In this document: positions 9,771 to 20,300 of the stretch, in pieces
Numbering within the stretch: position 1 is the first letter of the stretch
How the letters are laid out: every line of letters starts with the position of its first letter
Origin: Cenarchaeum sp.
Lineage (GTDB): Archaea; Thermoproteota; Nitrososphaeria; Nitrososphaerales; Nitrosopumilaceae
Direction: 5' to 3'
NCBI GenBank assembly: GCA_965242695.1
Contig: CBDESU010000001.1
Coordinates: 736,001-800,000, forward strand
DNA: 64,000 nucleotides
The notes under the pieces: model-generated
The model's database searches: none
Seen by the model: only the letters and a program-made list of their open reading frames with translations
Told to the model about the DNA's origin: nothing
Program-made: the position numbers and the translations under genes

Positions 9771-10148
9771 CTAGGACACGGGGGGCAGCTCGCTCTTCCT
9801 GCCGTGGCCGCCGGACCCGAACTTGCAGTAGAAGCAAATGTCCGACTGCATGTGCGTCAGGCGCTCTACCTTTATCGCGCCGAGCTTGAGGGCCATCTTT
9901 GTGAGCAGCCTGTACTTTAGCGGCATGCTCGGAATCACCTCGTCCATGTACACCTTGTAGTGCTCGGGGCAGAACCTGAGCGTCACCCTGCTCGGCTCCC
10001 CGCCGGACTCGTTGACCTGCCTAGTGTACCTTACCTGCTCTCGGATGTATTCGTGCTTTGGGCACGGGCAGTCCTTGCCGCCTGGATGCTTGTAGGCAGG
10101 CGTGTTCTTCCAGTCGAATCCGGGGTACTCGCGCTCAAAGTCATCCAA
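9771..10148 (-). CDS. Hypothetical Cys-containing protein
   Basis: Protein-like composition (DDFEREYPGFDW...CPCPKH...FCPEHY...CFYCKFG); TTG start with TTTATAA about 25-30 bp upstream. Confidence 0.7.
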   Translation of the reverse strand: MDDFEREYPGFDWKNTPAYKHPGGKDCPCPKHEYIREQVRYTRQVNESGGEPSRVTLRFCPEHYKVYMDEVIPSMPLKYRLLTKMALKLGAIKVERLTHMQSDICFYCKFGSGGHGRKSELPPVS

Positions 10149-10294
10149 CGGATGCCGCCGCCCCGCTGTGGTTATAAAACTTGGCGGGGCGGCCCGCGGC
10201 GGCGGCATCGGCGCGGCGGCCCCGGCCGGGCCGGCGGCGCCCCGCCGCTGCGCCCCGGAAGGCTTTTCATGCGGCAGGGGCGCGGGCCGGGCGC

Positions 10295-10486
10295 ATGCCC
10301 CCCTCTAGGCCCTGCCCGAACTGCGGGCAGGACGAGTGGCTTGCCAACGACGACCTGCACTACCTGCCGCGCGTGCGCTCCGACGGGAGCGGCGGGTATG
10401 CGATCGACCCGCAGAACGGCATCCACGTCAGGGTGTGGAGGTGCAACAACTGCATGTACGTCGTGCAGTTCTGGGAGCCGGACTAG
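10295..10486 (+). CDS. Small zinc-ribbon protein
   Basis: CPNCG...WRCNNCMYVVQFWE. Confidence 0.75.
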   Translation: MPPSRPCPNCGQDEWLANDDLHYLPRVRSDGSGGYAIDPQNGIHVRVWRCNNCMYVVQFWEPD

Positions 10487-10605
10487 GGCGGCGGCGCGGG
10501 GAGGGGGTGTGGGGCGGCAGGGGGCCGCCTGCGGGCCTCCCCTAGGCGTGAAATCCGGCCGCGCCTACCAAAAAATAGATAAAGCTGCCGCCGGGCGGCC
10601 CCGCA

Positions 10606-11673
10606 ATGGCTAAGAAGACGACAAAAAAGCCGACAAAGAAGGACCTAGAGGACAAGATCGCCGCCCTGGAGGCAAAGCTCGAAAAGCTCTCCTCTAGCGT
10701 GGCAAAGCCGACGCCAAAGCAGGCCCCCAAGCCGACGCCAAAGCAGGCCCCCAAGCCCGAGCCAAAGGCCGAGTCGCCCCGCGGCTCGCTGCCAAAGGGG
10801 TTCGGCAAGAAGCCCGAGCCCAAGGCCGAGCCGAAGCCGGCCCCCAAGCCCGAGCCAAAGGCCGAGTCGCCCCGCGGCTCGCTGCCAAAGGGGTTCGGCA
10901 AGAAGCCCGAGCCCAAGGCCGAGCCGAAGCCGGCCCCCAAGCCCGAGCCAAAGGCCGAGTCGCCCCGCGGCTCGCTGCCAAAGGGGTTCGGCAAGAAGCC
11001 CGAGCCCAAGGCCGAGCCGAAGCCGGCCCCCAAGCCGGAGGCGGCATCGGCTGCCGGCAACGCGCAGGCGCTTGAGGCCATCTACAGGGACTCGCCGATG
11101 AGCAACCCGTTCGACTACAAGACAAAGACGCCGGGCTACTCGCCCTCGCCGAACCGCTACTACGAGCGCCTCCACGCAAAGAGGGGGACCGCTCCGACGT
11201 CGGACTGGAACATGCAAAAGGCAAAGGTCACGGGGTACACGGCCCCGTCGAACAACTACTTTGCAACCAGGCAGCGCCTTGCGTTCCACCCAGCGGACAG
11301 GAACTTCAACGGCTTCGACTACAAGATAGCCGGCGTCGCGCCGGACAAGGCAAAGGCCGAGCAAAAGGCCCCGCCGCCTCCGCCGCCGCCCGCGACGAAG
11401 CCGAAGGGGACGCTCCCCAAGGGCATGTCGCCGCCGCCCCAGCAGCAGCAGGCCCCGCCTCCGCCGCCCCCGACCGCGGGCGAGTCGTCCAAGAAGGACG
11501 ACCTGGCCGCGTACGAGGCCGACTACCTGGAAAGGCTCGACCGCGAGGCCAAGGAGGCCGCCGAGCTGGCGCAGGCAGCGGCCGAGCTCGCCGCGCGCAA
11601 GCGCGCAGAGGCTGCCCAGAACCAGCAGGCGTCGGCCGGCAAGCAGAGGGGAACACTGCCAAAGGGCTTTTGA
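10606..11673 (+). CDS. Low-complexity Pro/Lys-rich protein with an N-terminal coiled coil and repeated G(S/T)LPKG(F/M) motifs
   Basis: [18 protein letters not shown] coiled coil, three 31-aa repeats, and an aromatic-rich core ([19 protein letters not shown]). Confidence 0.8.
   Translation: MAKKTTKKPTKKDLEDKIAALEAKLEKLSSSVAKPTPKQAPKPTPKQAPKPEPKAESPRGSLPKGFGKKPEPKAEPKPAPKPEPKAESPRGSLPKGFGKKPEPKAEPKPAPKPEPKAESPRGSLPKGFGKKPEPKAEPKPAPKPEAASAAGNAQALEAIYRDSPMSNPFDYKTKTPGYSPSPNRYYERLHAKRGTAPTSDWNMQKAKVTGYTAPSNNYFATRQRLAFHPADRNFNGFDYKIAGVAPDKAKAEQKAPPPPPPPATKPKGTLPKGMSPPPQQQQAPPPPPPTAGESSKKDDLAAYEADYLERLDREAKEAAELAQAAAELAARKRAEAAQNQQASAGKQRGTLPKGF
10753..11035 (+). repeat. 93-bp coding tandem repeat x3
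   Basis: [31 protein letters not shown] repeats at 10753, 10846 and 10939 with essentially identical DNA. Confidence 0.9.
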
Positions 11674-11686
11674 CCCGCTTTTTCCT

Positions 11687-12148
11687 TTATTTTGACTCGA
11701 ACGCCGCGAGGACCTCGGCGGCGTGCCCCGCCGGCCGCACCTTGGGGAACGACCTGAACACGGTGCCCTTCTCGTCGACGAGGAACGTGCTGCGCACGAC
11801 ACCCATGTACTCGCGCCCCATGAACTTCTTCTTGCCCCACACGCCGAACGCGCCGGCGACGGCCTTGTCGGTGTCCGCAAGGAGCGGGAACCTCACGCCC
11901 ATCTTGTCGCAGAACCTGCGGTGCGAGGCAGAGTCGTCGGGGCTGACGCCGACGACCTCGATGCCGGCGGCCTTGAACCTGTCGTAGTCGCGCGCAAACT
12001 CGTCGGCCTCTGTAGTGCAGCCGGGCGTAAAGTCCTTGGGGTAAAAGTAGACGGCGTACCTGCGGCCCTTGAGGCTCGACGAGTCGAAGACGTTGCCGTC
12101 GGCATCGGGGGCGCTGAACGGCGGCGCCTTGTCCCCCTCGGCTATCAC
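11687..12148 (-). CDS. bcp: Peroxiredoxin BCP/PrxQ
   Basis: YFYPKDFTPGCTTEA, VGVSPD and VRSTFLVD; GTG start at 12148. Confidence 0.92.
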   Translation of the reverse strand: MIAEGDKAPPFSAPDADGNVFDSSSLKGRRYAVYFYPKDFTPGCTTEADEFARDYDRFKAAGIEVVGVSPDDSASHRRFCDKMGVRFPLLADTDKAVAGAFGVWGKKKFMGREYMGVVRSTFLVDEKGTVFRSFPKVRPAGHAAEVLAAFESK

Positions 12149-12669
12149 GGGGCGGCGGGCGGGGGCGGGCTTCTTTAAGGTTGGGGGGGGGGGCGCCGGG
12201 GGCGGCGATCGGGGCGCCGCCGAAGGGCGGCAATCGCACACTGCTCGCGCAGCGGGCGATGATGCGCAGGGCCTGACTGCCGTCCTGCTCGCTCCGCGGA
12301 CCGAGGAGGCCTGCCTACGACCGCCGTTGCGAGGCGCCCTGCACTCCCAAACGCATTTAGGGCCGCCCGCGGGACTTGGCGCATGGGCGCAGAGTCGCTC
12401 CTCAGAGGCGGCGCCGCGGATCCTGGCTACCAGGCCCCCTCCCTGCTTGCAAAGAGGCGTAGATTTTTCAGGGATCGATTGCAAGCCGCAAGATATCCCT
12501 TGTCCGTAACCGTGGTCGCCGACGGCACCGTCGTCCCAGGTGTGCCGGCCGCCAACAAGATCGATCCCTGCCTACTACCAGGGCTTGCTAGCGAGGTGAC
12601 CGCCTGTCTGGTTTGCGTTGCCAGCCCGCGCTACGAAACCGGGATGCTGATCGGGAGGCACGACCTCCA

Positions 12670-13308
12670 GTGACAAGGTCATCGACAGACTACGCGTCTG
12701 CACTGCTTGACATGCTCGACGGCGTCTTGAACCGCGACGGGAACTCGTATCGCCGATGCGCTAGGACGCTAGAGGAACTGGTAGGGGCAGGTGCGATTCC
12801 AAGCGGCATGACGTTCTACGTGTCGTTCTATGCGGCACTCTGCTACGACATAGCCGACATGACGACCGATGCGGCACGCATGTACCGCACACTTTCAAAC
12901 AGGTACGGGGGCGAGTTTGACGACATGCTCCCGTCTGTAACATACGCCGGCGATCTGGTGGCGGGGATCGCCAAACTGGGGCGCAGGGACATGAAGCCCC
13001 TGTCCCGCACTCTCTCCAAGATTGCAAGCCTAGTCAAGGATCGCGAGTCCGCATCGGATCAACCCCCGATGTACGAGCATCAGAGCGATTACGAGGTATT
13101 GATGGCGCTACTGGTGCTCCTTGACAAATTTTTCTCGTCCCTGCCTGACCCCTCGGACCGGGCCCGCTCGCTCGCGCTTGATGCGAACGAGATGCGCGGC
13201 GAGATCTCGCGGTTCGACATAGATCCCATGCTGAGGATACTGGCGATCCTGTGCCTAGACCTGATCCGGGCATCGGAGGAGCGCTCTGGCCGACCCGGGC
13301 CTTCCTGA
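12670..13308 (+). CDS. Helical hypothetical protein resembling the N-terminus of the HamB-like helicase (possible truncated paralogue)
   Basis: FYAALCYDIADMTTDAARMY resembles LNASCAYELAGYQANAACIA in 25551..29162. Lower GC; the GTG overlaps the stop of 12383..12673. Confidence 0.5.
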   Translation: MTRSSTDYASALLDMLDGVLNRDGNSYRRCARTLEELVGAGAIPSGMTFYVSFYAALCYDIADMTTDAARMYRTLSNRYGGEFDDMLPSVTYAGDLVAGIAKLGRRDMKPLSRTLSKIASLVKDRESASDQPPMYEHQSDYEVLMALLVLLDKFFSSLPDPSDRARSLALDANEMRGEISRFDIDPMLRILAILCLDLIRASEERSGRPGPS

Positions 13309-14347
13309 CGCCGTCAAGAGGCGATCGGGCGAGGTTGGCTGTCGAAAGCTGCGGCCCACCGGTTGCAGTCGATCGGTGGCGTACTCTTGGGCGTCGGGAG
13401 CACGTTTGGCGGCACCTGCCGGAACGGGCAGGACGTGCCTGGCATGCATGGCTGCGGGGCGCGGGATTCGACATGCGGGGCGACATGTGGCGATTTCAGG
13501 ATGTCTCCGCTCATCGTTACAGCCACCGCTCTGGCCCTGTAGGGGCTGTGGGTGAGACCTGGCGCGATTTGCACTTGCCCGGTGGCCGGCTCCCTAGGCG
13601 TGGCAGGCTGCGCCCCGCCCGTGTGGTTCCCGCTGGCAAGGCTCTGAGATGGTGGCATGTATCAGTCCAGCAGGCTATTGCCCTGTTGCAGGCCTTGCCC
13701 GTTGCGGACGCCATGTCGCCCATGGCGACGACTGTCGGGACACGATGCAGATGCCGCTCATCGGCCTGTGAGCTCGTGCAGCGTCTATGCGGCAGGGCCG
13801 GATCGTCGTCATACCAGAGCTGGAAGGGGCTGTTGGCTGTCTCGCAAGGTCAGGAGGCGCCCTTGAGAGCCTGCCAGCGGTGGTGGGACCGCCTTTGCCT
13901 GCTAGCCGCTGGTCTCTGACCTGCGACGATCATGCGATCAGGCCTCCTCGGGACACGGCGGCGAGCCGAACGTAGACTTTGTTGACCTCTGGTCAAAACT
14001 TCTACACCACGGTGATCATGTGTGGCACGGGGGCATGGGCGGCATGCGCAAGACTGCGAGCGGCCTGATGCGTGCCGGCGGACGCAGGGTGCGAGCCGTG
14101 TTCCGTGGCACCGAGACAGCCGTACATGGGGCGGTACCTTCCCACCTGCGCCATGGCTTGGGGGCCGCAGGGCGAGATCTGCACGGCGGGGCCAGCAAGG
14201 CGAGCTCGGCGCGGACAGATCGCGCGATCGATCGCCATGCACCGATGTGGACTGGCATCTTTGGACACGCGCCTCGTGTCGGGGCAGCGGGGGGCTAGCA
14301 AGTTGGCCTTTGACATAGCCGGCCGGCATGGCGGCAGTGGGCGTAGG

Positions 14348-17300
14348 ATGACGGCCTTCCTGCTGGCCGCGGTGGCCTTGGCCGCGTTGGTGTCTGCCGT
14401 TGCCTTGGAGCCGGGCGCCGCGCACGCACAAGGTGTCGACGAGGGATGCCTGCCAGTGGGTAGCGCGGACTGCGCATACCGCGTCACGCGGACGCTCCAT
14501 GTAGGCGATATTGAGCCCTCGATAATCAGGGTGGATCCCGTGACGGGCCACGTGTACGTGGCCAACGAGCCGCACACGTCGTCCCGGGACAGTGGCCATG
14601 CACACCTGCGCATATACAACAACAGCGCGGCTGGTCACGACCTGATAAAAGACATACGCTTCGGCGGGGCCAACTCTCGCATCGCCGACTTTGAGATCAA
14701 CAACATGACTAGGGAGATACACGTTGCCCACTTGTGGGGCGTCGGCGATGCCGAACAGGGGTGGGACGGCCGCGTGTTCAACGACGACGGCCGGGCCAAC
14801 CTGACGACCATCTCAATCGACACGTACGAGATAGTCAAGACGATCGAGCTGGGTCACCGCGAGACGGCGCGCGACAACGACAGCGACACAGTGGATACCA
14901 CCCGGTACGTCGTCTGGGATATTGCCGTCGACGAGGCGCGCGATGTCGCATACGTTTCCAGCAAGAACGACGGGCAGGGGCCCGTCCTGGTCGTCAACAC
15001 GTCCGACACGACCCTCCTGGACACGGTCGTAAACCACACCGCTGGAAGTGGACCCAGCGGCGCCTGGAACGCATACAAAACGGCCGCACCCGTGTCCGCA
15101 ATGGCCGTGGACCCTGCGTCGGGCGAGGTGTACGCCGCCGCGCGCATCGGAGACCTGCGCGATGCATCGTCTCCTCCCAGCCACTCGTGGGGCATCGCGA
15201 GGCTGTCTTTCTTTGATGATGATGACAGAGTGACTCCAAACTACCAGCGTCTAAGCTTTCTTAACATGACGTCAAACCCCCACCCCGTAAACGGCACCTG
15301 CTCCGATAACGACTACAACGACCATCCCTGCGACAACGACGTCCTGGTCCACGCCCTGCATCTTGATGCGTCCCGAAATCAGCTGTTCGCCCTGTACGAC
15401 AACCACACCGTATGGGCGTTCAAGATCGGCGACGGTGGGAACCTGACCGCCCCCGTGGAGGTCGACGTTCGGGGCGGCGGCGACGCCCCATTCCACGGCG
15501 AGGACCAGATACGCGACATTGCACTTGACGCCGAGCGCGGCCTGCTCTACGTCGTGCGGTACGACTATACTGATCCCCGCGTTGTCGTGATCGACGCGAC
15601 CGACAGTTTGCACTACGCCGAGATCGGCTCTGCCTCGCTCACAAGCCAGCCCGTGGGCATCGGCCTTGGCCGCGCGGGCGGCGCCGTGTACGTCCTGCCG
15701 CAGTGGTCGCCGCACGCCTACGTGATCGAGGCCAAGATGAAGTCCAACTTGCAAAAGATGATCGACGGCGCCAGCGCCGGCGACACGATCCGCATACCTG
15801 CCGGCACCTACAACAATACCGTCCTCGACATTACGAAGCCTTTGACGCTCACGCCCGAGACCGGCGTGCTGGGCGACGTGGTGTTCACGGGGCACTCGCG
15901 CATGGAGATCGAGGCGGACAATGTGACGGTGAGGGGTCTCGTGTTCAGGGACACCGCCTGCCTGCCGGGGTACGGCGCCCCCCTCATCGAGATACGAACG
16001 CAGCGCGTCACGCACCGCAACAACCTCGCCGTCGAGGACAACATCTTCCGCAACACTTGCCATCCGGCCATCCAGCAGGAGGGGATCGGAAAGATTGTGA
16101 ACGTCTCGATCCGAGGCAACGTGTTTGAAAACATCGGGCTGAACCTCCCCGCCGGCGAGACGGAGCCGCTCGACACGGGCGGCGTCAACGAGTTCCAGGT
16201 AGCGCACGGCGCAATCGGGCTGGCATACCACCCGGGCCAGGGCAGCGTCGGAGGCGTCGTCGCAGACAACCGGATCAGCGGCACGAGCGCCGCCGGAATA
16301 CGCGTCTTCAGGGCGGACGGCCTGGCGATCACGGGCAACTACATCGAGAACACGCCGGCGAGCGCCGTCGGCCTGGCCCACTCGCCCCGGAACGTCGTCG
16401 TCGCGGACAACATCATTGCCGGGGCCAACAGCGAGCCCGACCTGGACTACCTTGCCGGCGTGAACGGCAGCGGCGAGCAGGGCTACTACAGGTTCGTAAA
16501 CCTCAACGAAAAGGACGCATACGCATACCTCGGCTACGCCCCGTACCACAGCACCGCGTCCAACATGAGCATCGCTAAGGACTTTGACGAGCTTGCAAAG
16601 GCGGGAATCCCGTGGCGAAACGGCACGGCGATCCCGTCGCCGGATGCGGCCATCAACATATGGTCGACTGCCACCAACGTCAACGTCACCGGCAATACGA
16701 TCTCGGGGAGCGACGGCGCCCTGACCGTCTGCACAGGTGTGTGCGCGTACGAAAGCGACGGGTTCGTGCGGCCGCGCGACCGGAACATCGCGCCGATCGC
16801 CGGCACGGAAGGCATCGCCGGCAGCGTGGCATTCACCGGCAACACGGTGTATGCTCACGCGGGCCCCGACAACGGCGGAGCCCTAGTCGTCAGCCACGCC
16901 AACGGCACGATCAACGCCACCGACAACAGGTACTTTGGGTGCGACATGGCGGGCGATCCCGTGCATACGGCGGGCAACGTGGAGAATGGATCTGCGCAGT
17001 ACGAGGAGGGCGGATGTGATGTGTTCCACGTCACTCGCACGCTTCCCGTCGGCGACATAGTGCCGTCGATCGTCAGGGTGAATCCCAACACGGACCACGT
17101 GTACGTAAGCAACAGGCCGCACCTCGGCGCGATGGACCAAAACTACTCGCACCTGCGAATATACGACAGCCGAGGGAACGGCCACGCCCTGATCAAGGAT
17201 GTGCAGTTCAATGGGACTAACTCGCGCATCGTCGACTTTGAGATCAACTCTAGGACGGGGGAGATGCACGTGGTCCACCTGTGGGGCGTCGGAGATGCCG

Positions 17301-20300
17301 ACCAGGGGTGGGACAGGCGCGAGTGGAATGGCGACGGCAGGGCCAACATGACGACTATCAACACCACCACGTACGAGGTGGTGCGGACGATCTCGCTAGA
17401 GCACAGCGAGATCTCCGCTGTGAATTCAAGCGTTGTGACAAAAACGACAAGGTACGACCTGTCCGACCTCGTACTCGACGAGGCGCGTGACTTTGCATAC
17501 GTTTCGAACGCGCGGCCGGATGCCGCGTCGGGGCCGATCTTAGTAGTCAACACATCAGACACGACGCTGTTGCCCGCAGTGGTAAAGAACACAATTAACG
17601 ACACCAGTAACAGCGGCAATGTTGACGGCTGGGATGCGTACGACATTGGCGCCCCCGCGTCGTCCATGGCGGTTGATACAGAGACGGGCCTCGTGTATGC
17701 AGCAGTCCGTGTGGGGGACAGCATCCGGGGAGGTGGGAATGCCACCGATCCACCGAATCACTCTTGGGGCATTGCGACGCTGTCATTCGGTGACAGCGGT
17801 GACGCGGCGACGCAGAACTATACACAGTCCCACTTCTTGAGCATGGCCTCAAACCCTGCGACGGGGTGCCGCACAACTGACGACTACAACCGGTACCCGT
17901 GCAACGGCGCCGTACACGTCAGCGCCATGTACCTGGACACGGTCCGCAACAAACTGTTTGCCCTGTACGGCAACCACACCATATGGGCGTTCAAGCTGAA
18001 CGCCTCTGGCTACCCGGGCAATCCCACGGAGGTTGATGTTCGGCTCAAAGACCCTCCTCCCGCAAGCTACAACTACCGGGTACACGAGATCGGGGACGAG
18101 GCCGAGCAGGTGGAGCACAGGGAGATCACCAGCATCGTCCTAGACGCCGAGCGCGGCCTGCTCTATGCCTCGCTGTACGACTTTGCCAACCCGCGCGTCG
18201 CCGTCGTCAGCGCCGACAGCCACAAGCGCATCGGGCTGGCATCCGTGAGCAGCCAGGTAGGCGCGCTCGGACTCGATCCGTCAAGCGGCGACGTGTACGT
18301 GCTGCCGCAGTGGACGCCGAACGCGTACGTGATCGAGGCGCTGCCGAGGCCGGCACTGCAGATCATGATCGACAACGCCGCGTCGGGCGGTGCGATCATC
18401 GTTCCCGCCGGCACGTACGACGACACCGTCCTAGATATTACGAGGCCGCTGACGCTCGCATCTGCGGCGGGCCAGCCGGGCGCGGTGACGTTCACGGGGT
18501 ACTCGCGCATGGAGATCGAGGCGGACAATGTCACAATCCGCGGCCTTGAGTTCAGGGACACCGACTGCATGCCGGGCTTTGCCGCCTCGCTTGTCGAGCT
18601 GCGGACGTACCACGACCGCACGCGCGCCGGCATTACAATCGAGGACAACCTGTTCAGCAACACGTGCCATGCGGCCATCCAGCAGGAGGGGACGGGCGGC
18701 ATCAGCGGCATTGCAATCCGCGACAACTCGTTCGAGGGGATCGGACTGAAGGTGCCTGATGGCCGCGACCGGCCGGTTGACACTGGCGGCGAGAACGAGT
18801 ACCAGCTAATGCATGCGGCGATCGGCCTGGCGTTCCACCCCATCCAGAGCCCTGTCGGCGGCGACATATCTGGCAACCAGATCAACGGGACGAGCGCGGC
18901 CGGCATACGCGTCTTCAACGCCGACGGCATGACCATATCCAACAATGTCATAACAAACACGCCCGCAAGCGGCATCGGACTTGCGCACGGGCCGAGCAAC
19001 ACTGCCATCACGGACAACACCATAACAGATGCCAACAACAAGCCGAACCTAGACTACCTAGACGGCATAAATGGAAGCGGCGCGGCAGACTACTACAGGT
19101 TCATCAACCTGGAGCATCCCAACCCGTACCGCTACCTGGGCATGAGGGTCCTCACCGACAGCCCTGCAGAACCATCACCGGACGCGGCCATAAGCGTCTG
19201 GGCCGATGCCACAAACATCACCGTCACGGACAACACGATCAGCAAAAGTGACGGCGCGTTTACCGTGTGCACGGGAGTGTGCGCGTTCGAGAGCGACAGG
19301 CCCGTTCGCAACAACTCGCGAAACGTGCCAGACAACTCCGTGGCGATCAACGGAGAGGTACTAGTAAAGAAAAACACTTTCCGCGCGTACAGCGGGCCGG
19401 ACAACAACGGAACGCTCGTGAGGAGCTACGCCCTTGGAACTCTTGACGCCACGGGCAACATATTTGACAACACTGCCGCCAAGGATGCGGTTGCCGGAAT
19501 GGTTTTCTATGGCGGGGGCTCAGACGATCGCGACTCCGGGGCCGACGCGTCGTTTGCATCCGCAAACACTGTCCGCATACGCTACGACGCCCCGCTGGGC
19601 CCGCCTGCGGGCCACTCTGGCCCCGTCTACGGCAACATTACGGGGCCCGGCGGCCTGAACGAGGCGCCCACATCCGTGTTGGGAGTGCACACCAAGTTGC
19701 ACACGATAACGTTTGGCGGGGACGACGTGGGCGACATGCAGAACGGCACGATTGCACTCAACGTAGACCTCCGGGGAGCCGACAGGGGCAGCGTTCCGTA
19801 CGCCTATACCGACGACTCGATTCACGTAAAGCCTCGGCTGACGGTATCCGAGGTGTCGACACCCAACCAGACGGGAACGTACCCGGCGGGGTCGAACATC
19901 ACGATCACGGTAGAGTTCACCCGCACGGCGATCGTCACGACGGGCGCCGGCTACGGGCCAACAATCGAGATGGAGACGGGCGAGGACGACCGCGAGGCAA
20001 CGTACGTGGGAGGGAGCGGGACGCCGAGCCTCTCGTTCCTGTACACCGCAAGGCCGAGCGACAGAACCGACGCGCTGAACTACACGGGCGCGGGCGCCCT
20101 CAGGCTCAGCGGTGCGTCGATTAGCGACACGGCAGGCTCCCCCGCCGTCCTGTCCCTGCCGGCGCCGCCGGACCTGCCTGCCAACGCCTCCCTGAAGATC
20201 GGCGTCGAGCCGAACGTAAGGCTGGAGTCTGCCGCATTCTCGTCACCCACCTCGGCGCGGTTCGTATACAACGCGTCCCTGAGTGCGGCGCAGGGCGACT

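Noticed and set aside
12183-12193. Intergenic G11 tracts (also 4346..4356) as regulatory switches
   Set aside because: Not unusual in this composition, not between a TATA box and a start codon, and prone to sequencing error.
14348-19500. Diversity-generating retroelement target/template pair
   Set aside because: The internal duplication differs at all base types, and no reverse transcriptase is present.
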